DNA from: a virus
Length of the DNA: 64,000 nucleotides
Direction: 5' to 3' (one strand)
Virus record (IMG/VR): IMGVR_UViG_3300027969_000052
Span: 32,001 to 96,000 of that record
Of this stretch, positions 39,801 through 48,841 are shown one piece after another. Below the pieces are notes generated by a model. The model did not search any database. It was not told the origin of the DNA and saw only the letters and a program-made list of their open reading frames with translations. Position 1 is the first letter of the stretch, and each line of letters opens with the position of its first letter. The translations under genes and the position numbers were made by a program.

Positions 39801-42800
39801 AGTGTTTACTGCGGCTTGTAGGAAGCCAGGTAATCCTTGAGCATTTGTATATGTTTCAGGCGGCACAACTTCCATAATCAATCCAATGTGCGGACGATTG
39901 TCCGGATCTGGACAGAATACTTGTACAATTTGACTTTGCGGGAAGAAACCATTTGGATAGTATGGTAACACCGGCGGATTATATACTTCGCCGAAGAATT
40001 CGCGCTCTCCATATCCTTTTGCAACCAGACAGTAATCACCGAAGTTGGCGTTAGAGTTGGTAATAGAACAAATGCCACCATTTTCTACAATAACAGATGT
40101 TCCGCAGAAAATCGTAAACACAGATACTAGCTGTGCATAGCCGTTGTTGGTAATTTTAATACCAATACCGCCCTGGTTAACTTGTGTAAACGCATCATAA
40201 ACAAAAGACTGGATCGGTGAACGTTTAGAAACAACACCACCATCAACTAAACTTCCGCCAATTGAGCCTAACGGATCAATTCGACGTTGTGCCCACCTTG
40301 CAGGAATATATTTTTCTTTTGTTGGATATACCCCAGTCTGACCAAAGTATAGTGTGCCGGCTGTGGCTGGGCCTAATACTGGTTCGCTTAGGTAAATCTT
40401 ATATCTATCACCACCCAACGACTCTACATCTAAAATAGTCGAAGCTGGTTGAATATCATCTGCGGAAGAACTGATTAAGTTGAATACTCCAGATCCTTCG
40501 TATGCTTCGGGGGCAACATCTGGTCCTTTGGCAATAATATTCTTTAATATTTCGATTAGTCGAGTAATGCTTCCTAACGCATAAACTCCACCACCAAAAT
40601 AATTGTTAATAATTTGTGTAGCACCACTAATTGATGTTAACGCTGTGTTTGTTACAACTTTTTCACAGACTGTTTTTAGGTATTCCATTGCGGCATTGTT
40701 TTGTGGTATTTCACTAGCAATTACGTTTACGCCGCCGGTCCAATAACTTACACCTGCTTCAATAGTTTTACGATTTCCGCCAATTAATAAATCTTGTGCA
40801 ATAGCATCAACAATTAAACCAACGTCACGATAGCACTTTTCTTGATTATAGTTAAAGCTATCAGTACCATATGTACTGTCAACCCATGCAATAATTTCAT
40901 TTTGAATAAATGTTCTATTCAAATCTAATAAGATCATTGCTTTTTGTATTGACGGATCTTCGTTCATAGTTAAACTTACAGGAACTTTATCAATACCTTC
41001 GCTTGGGCCATTATCAATAATATTTGTAATTAATCCCAACATATCTAACAAGACTGTACCAACTTCTTCAGTTGACGGATTGTTGTTAAATTGCTGTTGT
41101 GCTACATTTCCTGCTGAAGGAATAATAGGTTGTTCAGTTATAACTGCTGTAACAATTTGTTTTAACCTGTCGTATGCCGCAACTGTTTGGTTCTGTTCAT
41201 TTGGAACCATTGTTGAATTAGCATTAAATCCGTAATAGTAAACTCCAGACATAATTGCTTGTCTATTACCGCCGTATAAAATATCGTGGCTTACAGAATC
41301 AATTAAGTATCCAACGTCCCTGTAGCACTTGTCCTGATCATACTCGAAGCCCATTGAGTATGTATCGTAGATGTAGGCAATAGTTTCAGCAACAATAAAT
41401 TCTTTATTTGCTTCAATCATTAATGCCGCATTAATCACATTATCATTTGTACTGCGAGTTAAACTAATAGGGGTCTTTTTGCTTACAACACTAGGACCGT
41501 TGGTAATAATATTAGTAATAACATCAACTTTGCCTTGAGCAAGAGTTGCTTCTGTAGCAGTACCGACTCCTAAGTTAGTTACTTGAGAAACAACTGCTTG
41601 TTTTGGAGATGCTAGCGGAGTTGCTGTTATAATGTCATCTAGTATTGATTTAATATAATTAAATGCCGCAACTGTTTGTGTGACCTCGCCAGGTATTGCG
41701 GTTGATGCCGCATTAAATGAGTAGTAGTAAACGCCGCTTTGAATTGCTTGGCGGTTGCCGCCATATAATAAATCAAAGCTAACACTATCAATCATGTAAC
41801 CAACGTCACGATAGCACAATGCTTGATCATAAGTAAAGCCCGGAGTCTTTGTAGATTCTACATAGGCCACTGCTTCTGCTTGAATATATGCTTTGTTTGC
41901 CTGTAACAAATCGTAGGCTTGTGTTATATTTGGATAGGTACTTGGAGTTAATCCGTTTGCAATAACACTATCAGTAACACCGTCAGTTCCGTTCTTTAAT
42001 ATATTAAGAATTACTGTAAAATCTGATTCAACTCTAGATGCTTCTGTAGTTGTTCCTACAGGCAAGTTTGTAACTTGAGTTACTGTTGACTGGTAGCGTG
42101 TTCCAACAGTATTGTTTAACACAATTTTTTGTGCTAGACTAGAAACATATTCTATTGCATTTGTTGTTGTAGTTAACTCACTAGCAATCGCACCAGTATA
42201 TCCGTTTTGATTCCAGTATTGTAATCCTGCAAAGGTTGCTTGGCTTGACGTTGTAAACAACAAGTCTTGGGCGATAGCATCAACAATTAATCGAGTATCT
42301 CGTTTACAGGTAGTATCGTCAAACACAAATCCTGGTGTTTTAGTTTGTTCTACATAAGCAATAACTTCTGCTTGCAAATAACTCTTATTTGCCTGTAACA
42401 GATCAAATGCTTTTTGTGCATTTGCTCCTGCAATAGTAATACCATTTGGTATTACAAGATCCGTTACTCCAGTAGTTCCGCCGATTAAAATATTTGTAAT
42501 TGTCGTAAATTCTGTTGCAATAGACTGTGCTTCTATTGCAGTAGCTGGGGGTAGAGTATTGAATAATTGTGTAATTGTACTTTGATAACGTACTCCAGAC
42601 ACATCATTACGAATAACTTTTTGTGCAACACTACTTAGATAGTTAATTGCATTTGTTGTTGTAGTAAGTTCTGATTGGATTAACCCTGTATATCCATTTT
42701 GATTCCAATATTGAAGACCGGCAAAATTACTGTTAATGAATCCATTTGATCCCCAACCTAAGTCGCCGATTAAACTATCAACAATTAATCCTGTGTCGCG

Positions 42801-45800
42801 ATAACATTTTACTTTGTTATAACTAAAATTAGAATTATTATAAGTGTCGTTAATAAACGCAACGATTTCGTTTGCTAAGAAAGCACGGTTAGCTCTCATC
42901 AATGCAAATGCTCGTTGAACACTTGTGCTGGTACTCTTAGTTAAACTAATAGGAGTCTTGTTGGTTACAACACTTGGACCATTATTAATAATGTTTGTAA
43001 TAACATCAATGAATCCTTCTAAGTCTTCTGACTCTACAGTAGTTGCAGGGGGTAAATTTGTTACTTGTGTTAACTGATTACCTCTACTACGTGCCACTGG
43101 TGTAGCCGTAACAATACTATGTATTAGACCTTTTAGGTGATTGTATGCCGCGATTGTTTCTGGTTTTTCGTTTGGAATAGCACTTGATGCCGCATTAAAC
43201 GAATAATAGTAAACTGCGCTCTGGATTGACTGTCTGTTACCGCCATGTAGTAAATCAAAACAAATGCTGTCGATTATATAGCCAGTGTCTCTTCGACAAG
43301 TAGTTTGATTATAAGTAAAGCCAGATGTCTTTGTTGATTCAACATAGGCAATAACTTCATCAATCAAATATGCTTTATTGTTTTGTAATTGAGCATAGGC
43401 ATGTAACACACCCGGAGTTGTTAATTCTTCACCGTTTGGAACAATCTTATCAGTTACACCATCAGTACCATTTAGAATAATATCGATCATTAGATCAAAG
43501 TTAGTACCAACAGAACTTGATTCTAATACTGTACCAGATGCATTTGCAGTAGATTGTGAAGATACTGATTGATATCGAGGACCGGATACATCATTTAAAA
43601 TAATTTTCTGTGCAACACCACTTAGATAAGTTATTGCATTTGTTGTAGTTGTAAGTTCAGTTCCGATTAATCCAGTGTAACCATTTTGATTAAAATACTG
43701 AAGACCTGCAAATGTTGATTGACTAGAATTAGCTGTAGGATATAATAAGTCAAACGCAACTGCATCAACAATTAGTGCTGTGTCTCTACGGCATTTTGCA
43801 GAATTAAACGGAAATGATAGGAACGATTGATTTACATAAGAAACAATTTCTTCTTGAATGAAGGAACGATTTGTTTCTAATAAAACTTCCGCAGACATAT
43901 AGTACGGATCAATAGCACATGCTGGATATACAGTTGGAGCCGCAGTCGGACCATTTTCAATTATGTTTGTAATAATACCAAATCTATCAGCCAGTGCTTG
44001 GGACGCAATGCCCCCGCCAGTTAATACATAGTTAATTACTTGAGTTTTAGTTGCTAAAGATCCTAATAGATTTGTAACGGTTTGATTTTTAATTACTTTA
44101 TCAGCAATGGTATTAATATAGTTAATAGCACCAATTGTTTGTGTTTCTTGACCAGCAATTACACTCGTAACACCTTTATAATATGCAAGGCCTGCCTCAA
44201 CCGTTTTTTCATTGCCGCCGGCTAGTGCATCAAAGCTAACGTTTTCTAAAATAATACCAACGTCTCTGTAGCATAGTTCTTTGTTATAAACAAAATTTGG
44301 AAGTGAGTTAACATAGGCAATTACTTCTGCTTTAATAAAATTCTTATTTGCAACTAGCAAGTTGTAGGCTTTTAGCAATCCTGTTTCGGCTGTTATAGAT
44401 AAACCAATTGGTTCTAATGACGGTGCACCGCCTGGGCCGACTCTAACTAATCGTGTAATAATATCAAGATTAGTCGACAACGTTGTTGAGGCCGCGGCCG
44501 TACCTGCGTTAGCATTATCTAAAACTTGCGAGATTTCTGATTGATAGAAACTTGTTAATTCTTGACTTTGTACTACCGCAGAGATTACACTCTTCATGTA
44601 ATCATATGCTAAAATTGTTTGTGGTTGTTCGTTTGGAATTGCACTCTGAGTTGTGCTATACCCGTAATAATAAGTACCTGCTTGTATTACTTGGCGGTTG
44701 CCACCACGTAACAAGTCAAATGTTACACAATCAACAATGTATCCAACGTCTCTCTTACAAGTTGCTTTACTATAAACAAAAGTTGGTGCATTAGATGTAA
44801 TCCATGCAATAGCTTCTGCTTTTAAAAATTCTTTGTTTGCCTGTAATAGGGCCGCGGCGGCTTGTGTACTTGTATTTGATGTTACAGTTGTTCCGTTTGG
44901 AATAATTTTACCTGTAATACCAACCGTACCTTCTGTAATAATATTTGTTGCAGTAGTAAACAATGCGCTAACAGTATTTGCATTACCAATTGTACCAGCT
45001 GGCAAGTTTGTTACTTGTGTTAGTGTATTTTGATACGGACTAGATAGTGCTTGTCCGCGAACAACTAATTGCGCAATACTATTGATGTAATTAATTGCAT
45101 TTGTTGTAGTAGTCACTTCTCCAGCAATTTGTGTCGGTGTACTTGTCTGGCTCCAATATTGTAAACCAGAAAATACAGACTGACTTGTTGAATTATAAAT
45201 TAAATCTAAACTTAGTCCGTCAATAATTAATCCTGTGTCACGAGCACACTTAGTTGCATCGTATTGAAAGGGGCCGCCGTATGTTTGATCAACATAAGCA
45301 ACAACTTGTTCTTGAATGAACGATTTGTTTGCTAGTAGTAATGTTCTAGCATTATAGAATCCAGGATTAGGAGGACCACCATTAATTGCTTGTCCTGCAT
45401 AAATTTGGCCTTCTGTTAATGTAACTGTAATTTCTTGTGAGCCGGCTTCGTATGTAGAAATGCCGACACCTTCTGGGACTTGAACTGTTTGATTAGGCAC
45501 AAACATTGTACCATCGTATAACCATGGACCAGATTGGTTGGTACAGTTTTGAATATATGGTGAGTGGAATACGTCAATCGGTTGACCATTGTCACCTTGT
45601 GGAGGAAACGCAGTTGCGTATGCACCTCTGTTTGTATCTGAAGTATAGCCTGTTCCTGGGAAACGTCCTGAACGGCCGTTGTACATCATTAATTGTGCAA
45701 CATAACAGCCTTGACGAACGTGGAATAAGTCTTGAGTCTTGTTAACAGGTTCTATAACTGTTGTACGTAAGTCAGAGCCAATTACAGAAGTATATGGCTT

Positions 45801-46628
45801 CATTTCAATTGGATTGTTTTCTAGATAGCGACCTGGTGCTACTTTAATACTTGTGCCAGGTTTGTATAACGGACTTTTTGTTGCACCTGAAACTGTACGG
45901 CAAGCACGGCTAGCATCAATGGCTCCGCCGTCGTTAGTATCACTACCGTCTTCATTTACATATAAAGTGTTTGCGGTAACTGGGCCGGTGCCTAATGGTG
46001 TGCCACCCCAAATTTTAACATTACCTTTTAAATTAATAATGCCGTCATTAGGAACAATATCAATGTTGCCAGGTAATATGTTGGTAACTGTGTTACCAGA
46101 CATGTGCATATTGCCAGCAAATAAATCTTTAAAGTATCCCTGGTTCCAATTTTGGCTAGCCGAGCCGATATTATATGTGTTTGGAACTTGTGGAATTAAG
46201 TCTGAAATAAACTCAGCACCAACTTGCAACGTATCAGTAGCAGTTGTATCGCCTAATCGAATATTTCCGTCAGCTGTAATATTTCCAGATGCGTGTAAGT
46301 TACCAACAACTTCAGTGTCTGCATCTAACCAAATTTTATTGTTGCCGGCTGGGTCAATGTGGATTGGACCAAGGGTAGATCCAATAGTACCGCTTGTTAG
46401 CGATTTAGTAACTGTAATTAAGCCAAGTGTGGAAGTATTTGAGACACGTAGTACACCTACGTTTGCGGTGCCGTTGACATCTAAGTCATATTGCGGAGCC
46501 GATGTTTTAACACCTATACGGCCAGTTTGAACATCTAAGTATAAGAGATCAGTTTCAACTGATAAGTTTACTCCGTCACGTAGCAAGTTACTTGCAAGTA
46601 ACGGACCTGTAATTCGACCTACGGCCAT
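36822..46628 (-). CDS. 3268-aa virion structural protein: beta-helix scaffold carrying 15 phycobiliprotein-like repeats
   Basis: N-terminal MAVGRITGPLL fibre/baseplate-type start; LYVNEDGSDTNDG, SPYIQNCT and FTQVNQGGIG beta-helix motifs; 15 C-x-R-D repeats. Confidence 0.85.
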   Translation of the reverse strand: MAVGRITGPLLASNLLRDGVNLSVETDLLYLDVQTGRIGVKTSAPQYDLDVNGTANVGVLRVSNTSTLGLITVTKSLTSGTIGSTLGPIHIDPAGNNKIWLDADTEVVGNLHASGNITADGNIRLGDTTATDTLQVGAEFISDLIPQVPNTYNIGSASQNWNQGYFKDLFAGNMHMSGNTVTNILPGNIDIVPNDGIINLKGNVKIWGGTPLGTGPVTANTLYVNEDGSDTNDGGAIDASRACRTVSGATKSPLYKPGTSIKVAPGRYLENNPIEMKPYTSVIGSDLRTTVIEPVNKTQDLFHVRQGCYVAQLMMYNGRSGRFPGTGYTSDTNRGAYATAFPPQGDNGQPIDVFHSPYIQNCTNQSGPWLYDGTMFVPNQTVQVPEGVGISTYEAGSQEITVTLTEGQIYAGQAINGGPPNPGFYNARTLLLANKSFIQEQVVAYVDQTYGGPFQYDATKCARDTGLIIDGLSLDLIYNSTSQSVFSGLQYWSQTSTPTQIAGEVTTTTNAINYINSIAQLVVRGQALSSPYQNTLTQVTNLPAGTIGNANTVSALFTTATNIITEGTVGITGKIIPNGTTVTSNTSTQAAAALLQANKEFLKAEAIAWITSNAPTFVYSKATCKRDVGYIVDCVTFDLLRGGNRQVIQAGTYYYGYSTTQSAIPNEQPQTILAYDYMKSVISAVVQSQELTSFYQSEISQVLDNANAGTAAASTTLSTNLDIITRLVRVGPGGAPSLEPIGLSITAETGLLKAYNLLVANKNFIKAEVIAYVNSLPNFVYNKELCYRDVGIILENVSFDALAGGNEKTVEAGLAYYKGVTSVIAGQETQTIGAINYINTIADKVIKNQTVTNLLGSLATKTQVINYVLTGGGIASQALADRFGIITNIIENGPTAAPTVYPACAIDPYYMSAEVLLETNRSFIQEEIVSYVNQSFLSFPFNSAKCRRDTALIVDAVAFDLLYPTANSSQSTFAGLQYFNQNGYTGLIGTELTTTTNAITYLSGVAQKIILNDVSGPRYQSVSSQSTANASGTVLESSSVGTNFDLMIDIILNGTDGVTDKIVPNGEELTTPGVLHAYAQLQNNKAYLIDEVIAYVESTKTSGFTYNQTTCRRDTGYIIDSICFDLLHGGNRQSIQSAVYYYSFNAASSAIPNEKPETIAAYNHLKGLIHSIVTATPVARSRGNQLTQVTNLPPATTVESEDLEGFIDVITNIINNGPSVVTNKTPISLTKSTSTSVQRAFALMRANRAFLANEIVAFINDTYNNSNFSYNKVKCYRDTGLIVDSLIGDLGWGSNGFINSNFAGLQYWNQNGYTGLIQSELTTTTNAINYLSSVAQKVIRNDVSGVRYQSTITQLFNTLPPATAIEAQSIATEFTTITNILIGGTTGVTDLVIPNGITIAGANAQKAFDLLQANKSYLQAEVIAYVEQTKTPGFVFDDTTCKRDTRLIVDAIAQDLLFTTSSQATFAGLQYWNQNGYTGAIASELTTTTNAIEYVSSLAQKIVLNNTVGTRYQSTVTQVTNLPVGTTTEASRVESDFTVILNILKNGTDGVTDSVIANGLTPSTYPNITQAYDLLQANKAYIQAEAVAYVESTKTPGFTYDQALCYRDVGYMIDSVSFDLLYGGNRQAIQSGVYYYSFNAASTAIPGEVTQTVAAFNYIKSILDDIITATPLASPKQAVVSQVTNLGVGTATEATLAQGKVDVITNIITNGPSVVSKKTPISLTRSTNDNVINAALMIEANKEFIVAETIAYIYDTYSMGFEYDQDKCYRDVGYLIDSVSHDILYGGNRQAIMSGVYYYGFNANSTMVPNEQNQTVAAYDRLKQIVTAVITEQPIIPSAGNVAQQQFNNNPSTEEVGTVLLDMLGLITNIIDNGPSEGIDKVPVSLTMNEDPSIQKAMILLDLNRTFIQNEIIAWVDSTYGTDSFNYNQEKCYRDVGLIVDAIAQDLLIGGNRKTIEAGVSYWTGGVNVIASEIPQNNAAMEYLKTVCEKVVTNTALTSISGATQIINNYFGGGVYALGSITRLIEILKNIIAKGPDVAPEAYEGSGVFNLISSSADDIQPASTILDVESLGGDRYKIYLSEPVLGPATAGTLYFGQTGVYPTKEKYIPARWAQRRIDPLGSIGGSLVDGGVVSKRSPIQSFVYDAFTQVNQGGIGIKITNNGYAQLVSVFTIFCGTSVIVENGGICSITNSNANFGDYCLVAKGYGEREFFGEVYNPPVLPYYPNGFFPQSQIVQVFCPDPDNRPHIGLIMEVVPPETYTNAQGLPGFLQAAVNTSTLTTGSVTINGIDTEGIVIGQKIYARDQYGSYTDINGTRYIPEDTIITDVNFKAITLSDSISAGGGDSTNVNYFTMYVAGNAYYTVRSSELAPDPITPGTFKLGSSATAQGNDQGAEEIQALQYLNTLTTSIVSNTLVNALQTTATQVTNIALSKGAQATIKIGELFQTLEDIISNGLNAVPATTKEGIVAPGASDAAALLLANKTFVQAEIIEYINSQYFIYDHATCRRDLGYILDGFAWDALFQSNYQSIKCGNAYLRNVPGSQYVLETEKAQTIDAISKLSALTNQLSGISTVTQAISIINVDGININNIISGNTAPAYNMPNPSGFDTGIANGKSLILNNLDFIKEETIGWINATYPIFTYSETKCKRDIGYIIDGVEWDIVLGTNYRSIKSGQAYYRGNADNVLNDEKPETLAAFNFVKEYILGLNAVQSSTTATQTVTNDFANIASIIQTGLSASPTVTYTIPPGTATGVSSASQLLQGNKAYIQAEVEAYIHVTYPSLVYDRDKCKRDVGFLLDALIYDLTYGGNSMSVDAALQYFNSANNNVRVNPGEVAETIVGINYINTIAARVVQNLAPVVSYQNGVTRFSDNGLGQGSVALTTIADLISDMATIVQDGVNAVPIIIEPSYTWATTSQKTARTAIQSAKVLIATEAITFINETYTVFTYNQDKCKRDLDYVIHSLIYDLTYGGNWQTVDAGLVYFDSTGSTLIPGEIPQTVGAFNYLLTLMKNVSTNTAPAVSYQNTYTQFTNGSAPDGANAHPRLTALTAILTDIVANGTSVAPAIEYPSTSGYGATLLNVKNIIATQATSLINQVITYIDGKYNGFEYNQALCKRDVGYVIDALAADLISGGNYNTVLCGKSYYAITETHHYVTLEDNVADAALFPDKANINFYRRAYMSASGYLFEYVGAGSNYGALPQIGRADPRQEREVIQLNNGKVFFTSTDQNGDFRIGPGLVISQATGVLSGRTFTKSLFANLTPFILAIEG
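37195..39460 (-). repeat. Block 2: five C-x-R-D repeats (spacing 142, 142, 163, 161 aa)
   Basis: Cys codons start at 39116, 38690, 38264, 37775, 37292. Confidence 0.9.
40520..45360 (-). repeat. Block 1: ten tandem 160-166-aa helical repeats with C-x-R-D
   Basis: Cys codons start at 45248, 44759, 44273, 43793, 43298, 42806, 42308, 41816, 41327, 40835. Confidence 0.9.
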
Positions 46629-46725
46629 ACTAGCTCCTCAAGACACCGAGTTTCACGGATAACCACCTTTCATTGCGGGTTTACCACAGTATAATTCTGC
46701 CAACCTTTGGCATCAAATATATTTA
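46629..46725 (-). promoter_or_regulatory. TAAATA promoter (46720-46725) and structured ~90-nt 5' leader
   Basis: Hairpins at 46698-46712, 46674-46688 and 46646-46658, then GAGGAG SD. Confidence 0.55.
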
Positions 46726-46728
46726 CCT

Positions 46729-47445
46729 TTATTGATTAAAAGGTGGGTAGTAGCCGTCAAAACCGTTTAGGGCATAGATAGGCTTGAGTGGAGGAGCTGA
46801 TGTGAATGAAACAAACGTTCCGGTTGAATAAGCAAAATTTAAGGTAACTCCAGCTTGGATAGTTCCCAATGTTGCTCCGCTAATAACAATAGAACTTGTA
46901 ACAGTACTTAAACTTACCACCGATGTACCTGGTGCTATTGCAATGTCGCCTGTTATTTCTTGTCCTACAATAATATTAACTTGATCTGAAATATTTAAAA
47001 TTGTAACGCCCGGATTCGTTACACCTACTGTAGCTTTTTGAACTACCGGGTCATTTACTAAGGTGTAGTTTACTGTAGGAACTTGATAAACGTTTTCAAC
47101 AAATACAAAAACATTTTCAGGTTTACTGGCATTTTGTCTATAGCTTAATGGCCCATATATTGAATTAATATAGTTGCCTGTTCCAACTGTTTGAAATTGT
47201 ATATTTCCTTGTCTACGTGTTCTTAAAAATTCCCATTGACCGTTTATGTATCCTTCAAATTCTTGGTAGTCAGTATTATATCTTAACTGGCCGTTTTGAA
47301 AAGCTTCAACTCGCTTAGATGTATCGCCTGCAGGAATTTGCAAACTAGCTTGTGTGTTTGTTACAATTTTTCCGTTTAACTCAACAGCAAGTGTTGAACT
47401 TTCCGGAAATTGATTGTCTAAATTTAAACGTTTTACGAATTTCAT
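46729..47445 (-). CDS. Virion structural protein (baseplate/fibre-associated)
   Basis: IPAGDTSKR...GQLRYNTD...FEGY..GQW motif common in phage fibre and baseplate proteins. Confidence 0.65.
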   Translation of the reverse strand: MKFVKRLNLDNQFPESSTLAVELNGKIVTNTQASLQIPAGDTSKRVEAFQNGQLRYNTDYQEFEGYINGQWEFLRTRRQGNIQFQTVGTGNYINSIYGPLSYRQNASKPENVFVFVENVYQVPTVNYTLVNDPVVQKATVGVTNPGVTILNISDQVNIIVGQEITGDIAIAPGTSVVSLSTVTSSIVISGATLGTIQAGVTLNFAYSTGTFVSFTSAPPLKPIYALNGFDGYYPPFNQ

Positions 47446-47774
47446 TAAGCTGTACTCACTGAACTAATTGTCACAGTAATTGCGCCTGCTTGGTCGGCAC
47501 GGACATGAATAGTATCTAGATCTTCAAGAATAAATTTTTCAGAATCCATAACAAAAGATTCTGTCGGAGGAATAGGAAGAGTTTTTAAAATTTGTGTTTG
47601 TGGGCCTGCCGCATAACCGCTCGAGTCAGAAACAATATATACATCAATGTTTGCAGATACAACAGTACTAGTATTACAAAAAATCATTGTTGTAATTGCG
47701 TTTTGACCGGTTGCTTCATACACTTGTACAGGCGGATTGCCTGCTGTTGTAATTTGCTTACTTGTTATTGCCAT
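47445..47774 (-). CDS. Small beta-rich virion protein
   Basis: VYEATGQNAITTMIFCN; resembles 36420-36806. Confidence 0.65.
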   Translation of the reverse strand: MAITSKQITTAGNPPVQVYEATGQNAITTMIFCNTSTVVSANIDVYIVSDSSGYAAGPQTQILKTLPIPPTESFVMDSEKFILEDLDTIHVRADQAGAITVTISSVSTA

Positions 47775-47783
47775 ATCCTATCC

Positions 47784-48809
47784 TTAAAATATTAATCCGT
47801 AAATAATCGCACGTTTGCGAGATATAAACTCACCAGAAGTATCTTTATTTACGTAATATATTCCGGTGCCACCTGGACCTACGACTCCTGTTGTGTATAT
47901 AGCAGTAGTGTTAGTATTTGCTAATGGAGGAGTATCTTGATCTGTAATTCTTAGAGCTTTTCGAATAATAATAGTTCCGTTGCCTTTAGGTTCAAGGTAA
48001 AGATCTGCATTACTATTTCCAGGATCTGCTCTAGTGATTGTACCTTCTGTGAAAATAAGATTGTTTCCAAAGTTAACATTATTTTGCGTAAATCTTATTG
48101 ACGGAACGCCAGTAGTAAATTCAACTACTACTTCGCTAACGTTACTGCCTTGATACCCACCTTGAGAAGAATCATATGCGCCGATACTAGTTTGTTGCTG
48201 TACAATTTTTTGTACGTTTGCTGTAGTTTGTGCTGACTGTACCGCAATATCCACATACGCTTTGTTTGGAATATCGTCATCGTCAATGATACGATCTTCG
48301 TAGTTTAATGTTCCTGCAACGCTAATAACTGTTCCGGGATTGTCTGAACCAAAAATATTTAAACGAGGATAGCCGCCTACTCGAGGAGCACTACCTTCGT
48401 CTATACGAATGGCGTTTATTTTAATTGCTGATACATTACCTGCAACTTTAAATTCAAAAATACCACGTTGACTAATGTCTGTGGTGTGCCATGTAAACCC
48501 GTCAACTCCGGCATCATCATTATATAAGAAAGTTGCGGCATTTGATAAGCTAGCACTATTGCCTCTGTCAACAATAATACCAGAAGTACCTAGTGTTACA
48601 TAACTGTTTGTTTCGCCTGCATTGAGTACTAGTGTATTATCTTTAATACTTGCATTTGTAGCTTGAACTACAGTAGTTGTTCCTCGAACATCTAAGCTAC
48701 CAGTAATTACAACCGTACCGGTGTTTAGTCCAGTGTCTAATGTCAACTGTCCATTGGTTTTTGTTTGTATTCTATAGTCGCCGGGTACGCGAACAACATT
48801 TGTAGTCAT
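47784..48809 (-). CDS. Virion structural protein (short fibre-like)
   Basis: VVITGSLDVRGTTT...IKDNTLVLN...SGIIVDRG module shared with fibres; TAAATA at 48832-48837. Confidence 0.65.
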   Translation of the reverse strand: MTTNVVRVPGDYRIQTKTNGQLTLDTGLNTGTVVITGSLDVRGTTTVVQATNASIKDNTLVLNAGETNSYVTLGTSGIIVDRGNSASLSNAATFLYNDDAGVDGFTWHTTDISQRGIFEFKVAGNVSAIKINAIRIDEGSAPRVGGYPRLNIFGSDNPGTVISVAGTLNYEDRIIDDDDIPNKAYVDIAVQSAQTTANVQKIVQQQTSIGAYDSSQGGYQGSNVSEVVVEFTTGVPSIRFTQNNVNFGNNLIFTEGTITRADPGNSNADLYLEPKGNGTIIIRKALRITDQDTPPLANTNTTAIYTTGVVGPGGTGIYYVNKDTSGEFISRKRAIIYGLIF

Positions 48810-48841
48810 TTAGGTTGAGTCCTTTATCCTTTATTTATTGC

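Noticed and set aside
13454-46530. Many + strand ORFs (MPTPP...APVVVLV types, up to 267 aa) opposite the fibre genes
   Set aside because: Antisense shadows of Gly/Thr/Ala/Val-rich repeats; no evident RBS or promoter, and their periodicity mirrors the real genes.
16068-46628. CRISPR array or diversity-generating retroelement behind the repeats
   Set aside because: The repeats are in-frame coding units with synonymous divergence; no spacer pattern, cas gene, reverse transcriptase or adenine-specific TR/VR pair was seen.
36822-46628. Calling this a cyanophage or a photosynthesis gene because of the phycobiliprotein-like repeats
   Set aside because: No psbA, hli or other cyanophage marker is in the window, and the repeats sit inside a virion scaffold; the host cannot be inferred.
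46629-46719. c-di-GMP-I riboswitch, suggested by GGUAAACC and GAAA
   Set aside because: The downstream GCAAAGC segment and the two-stem tetraloop/receptor layout are absent.
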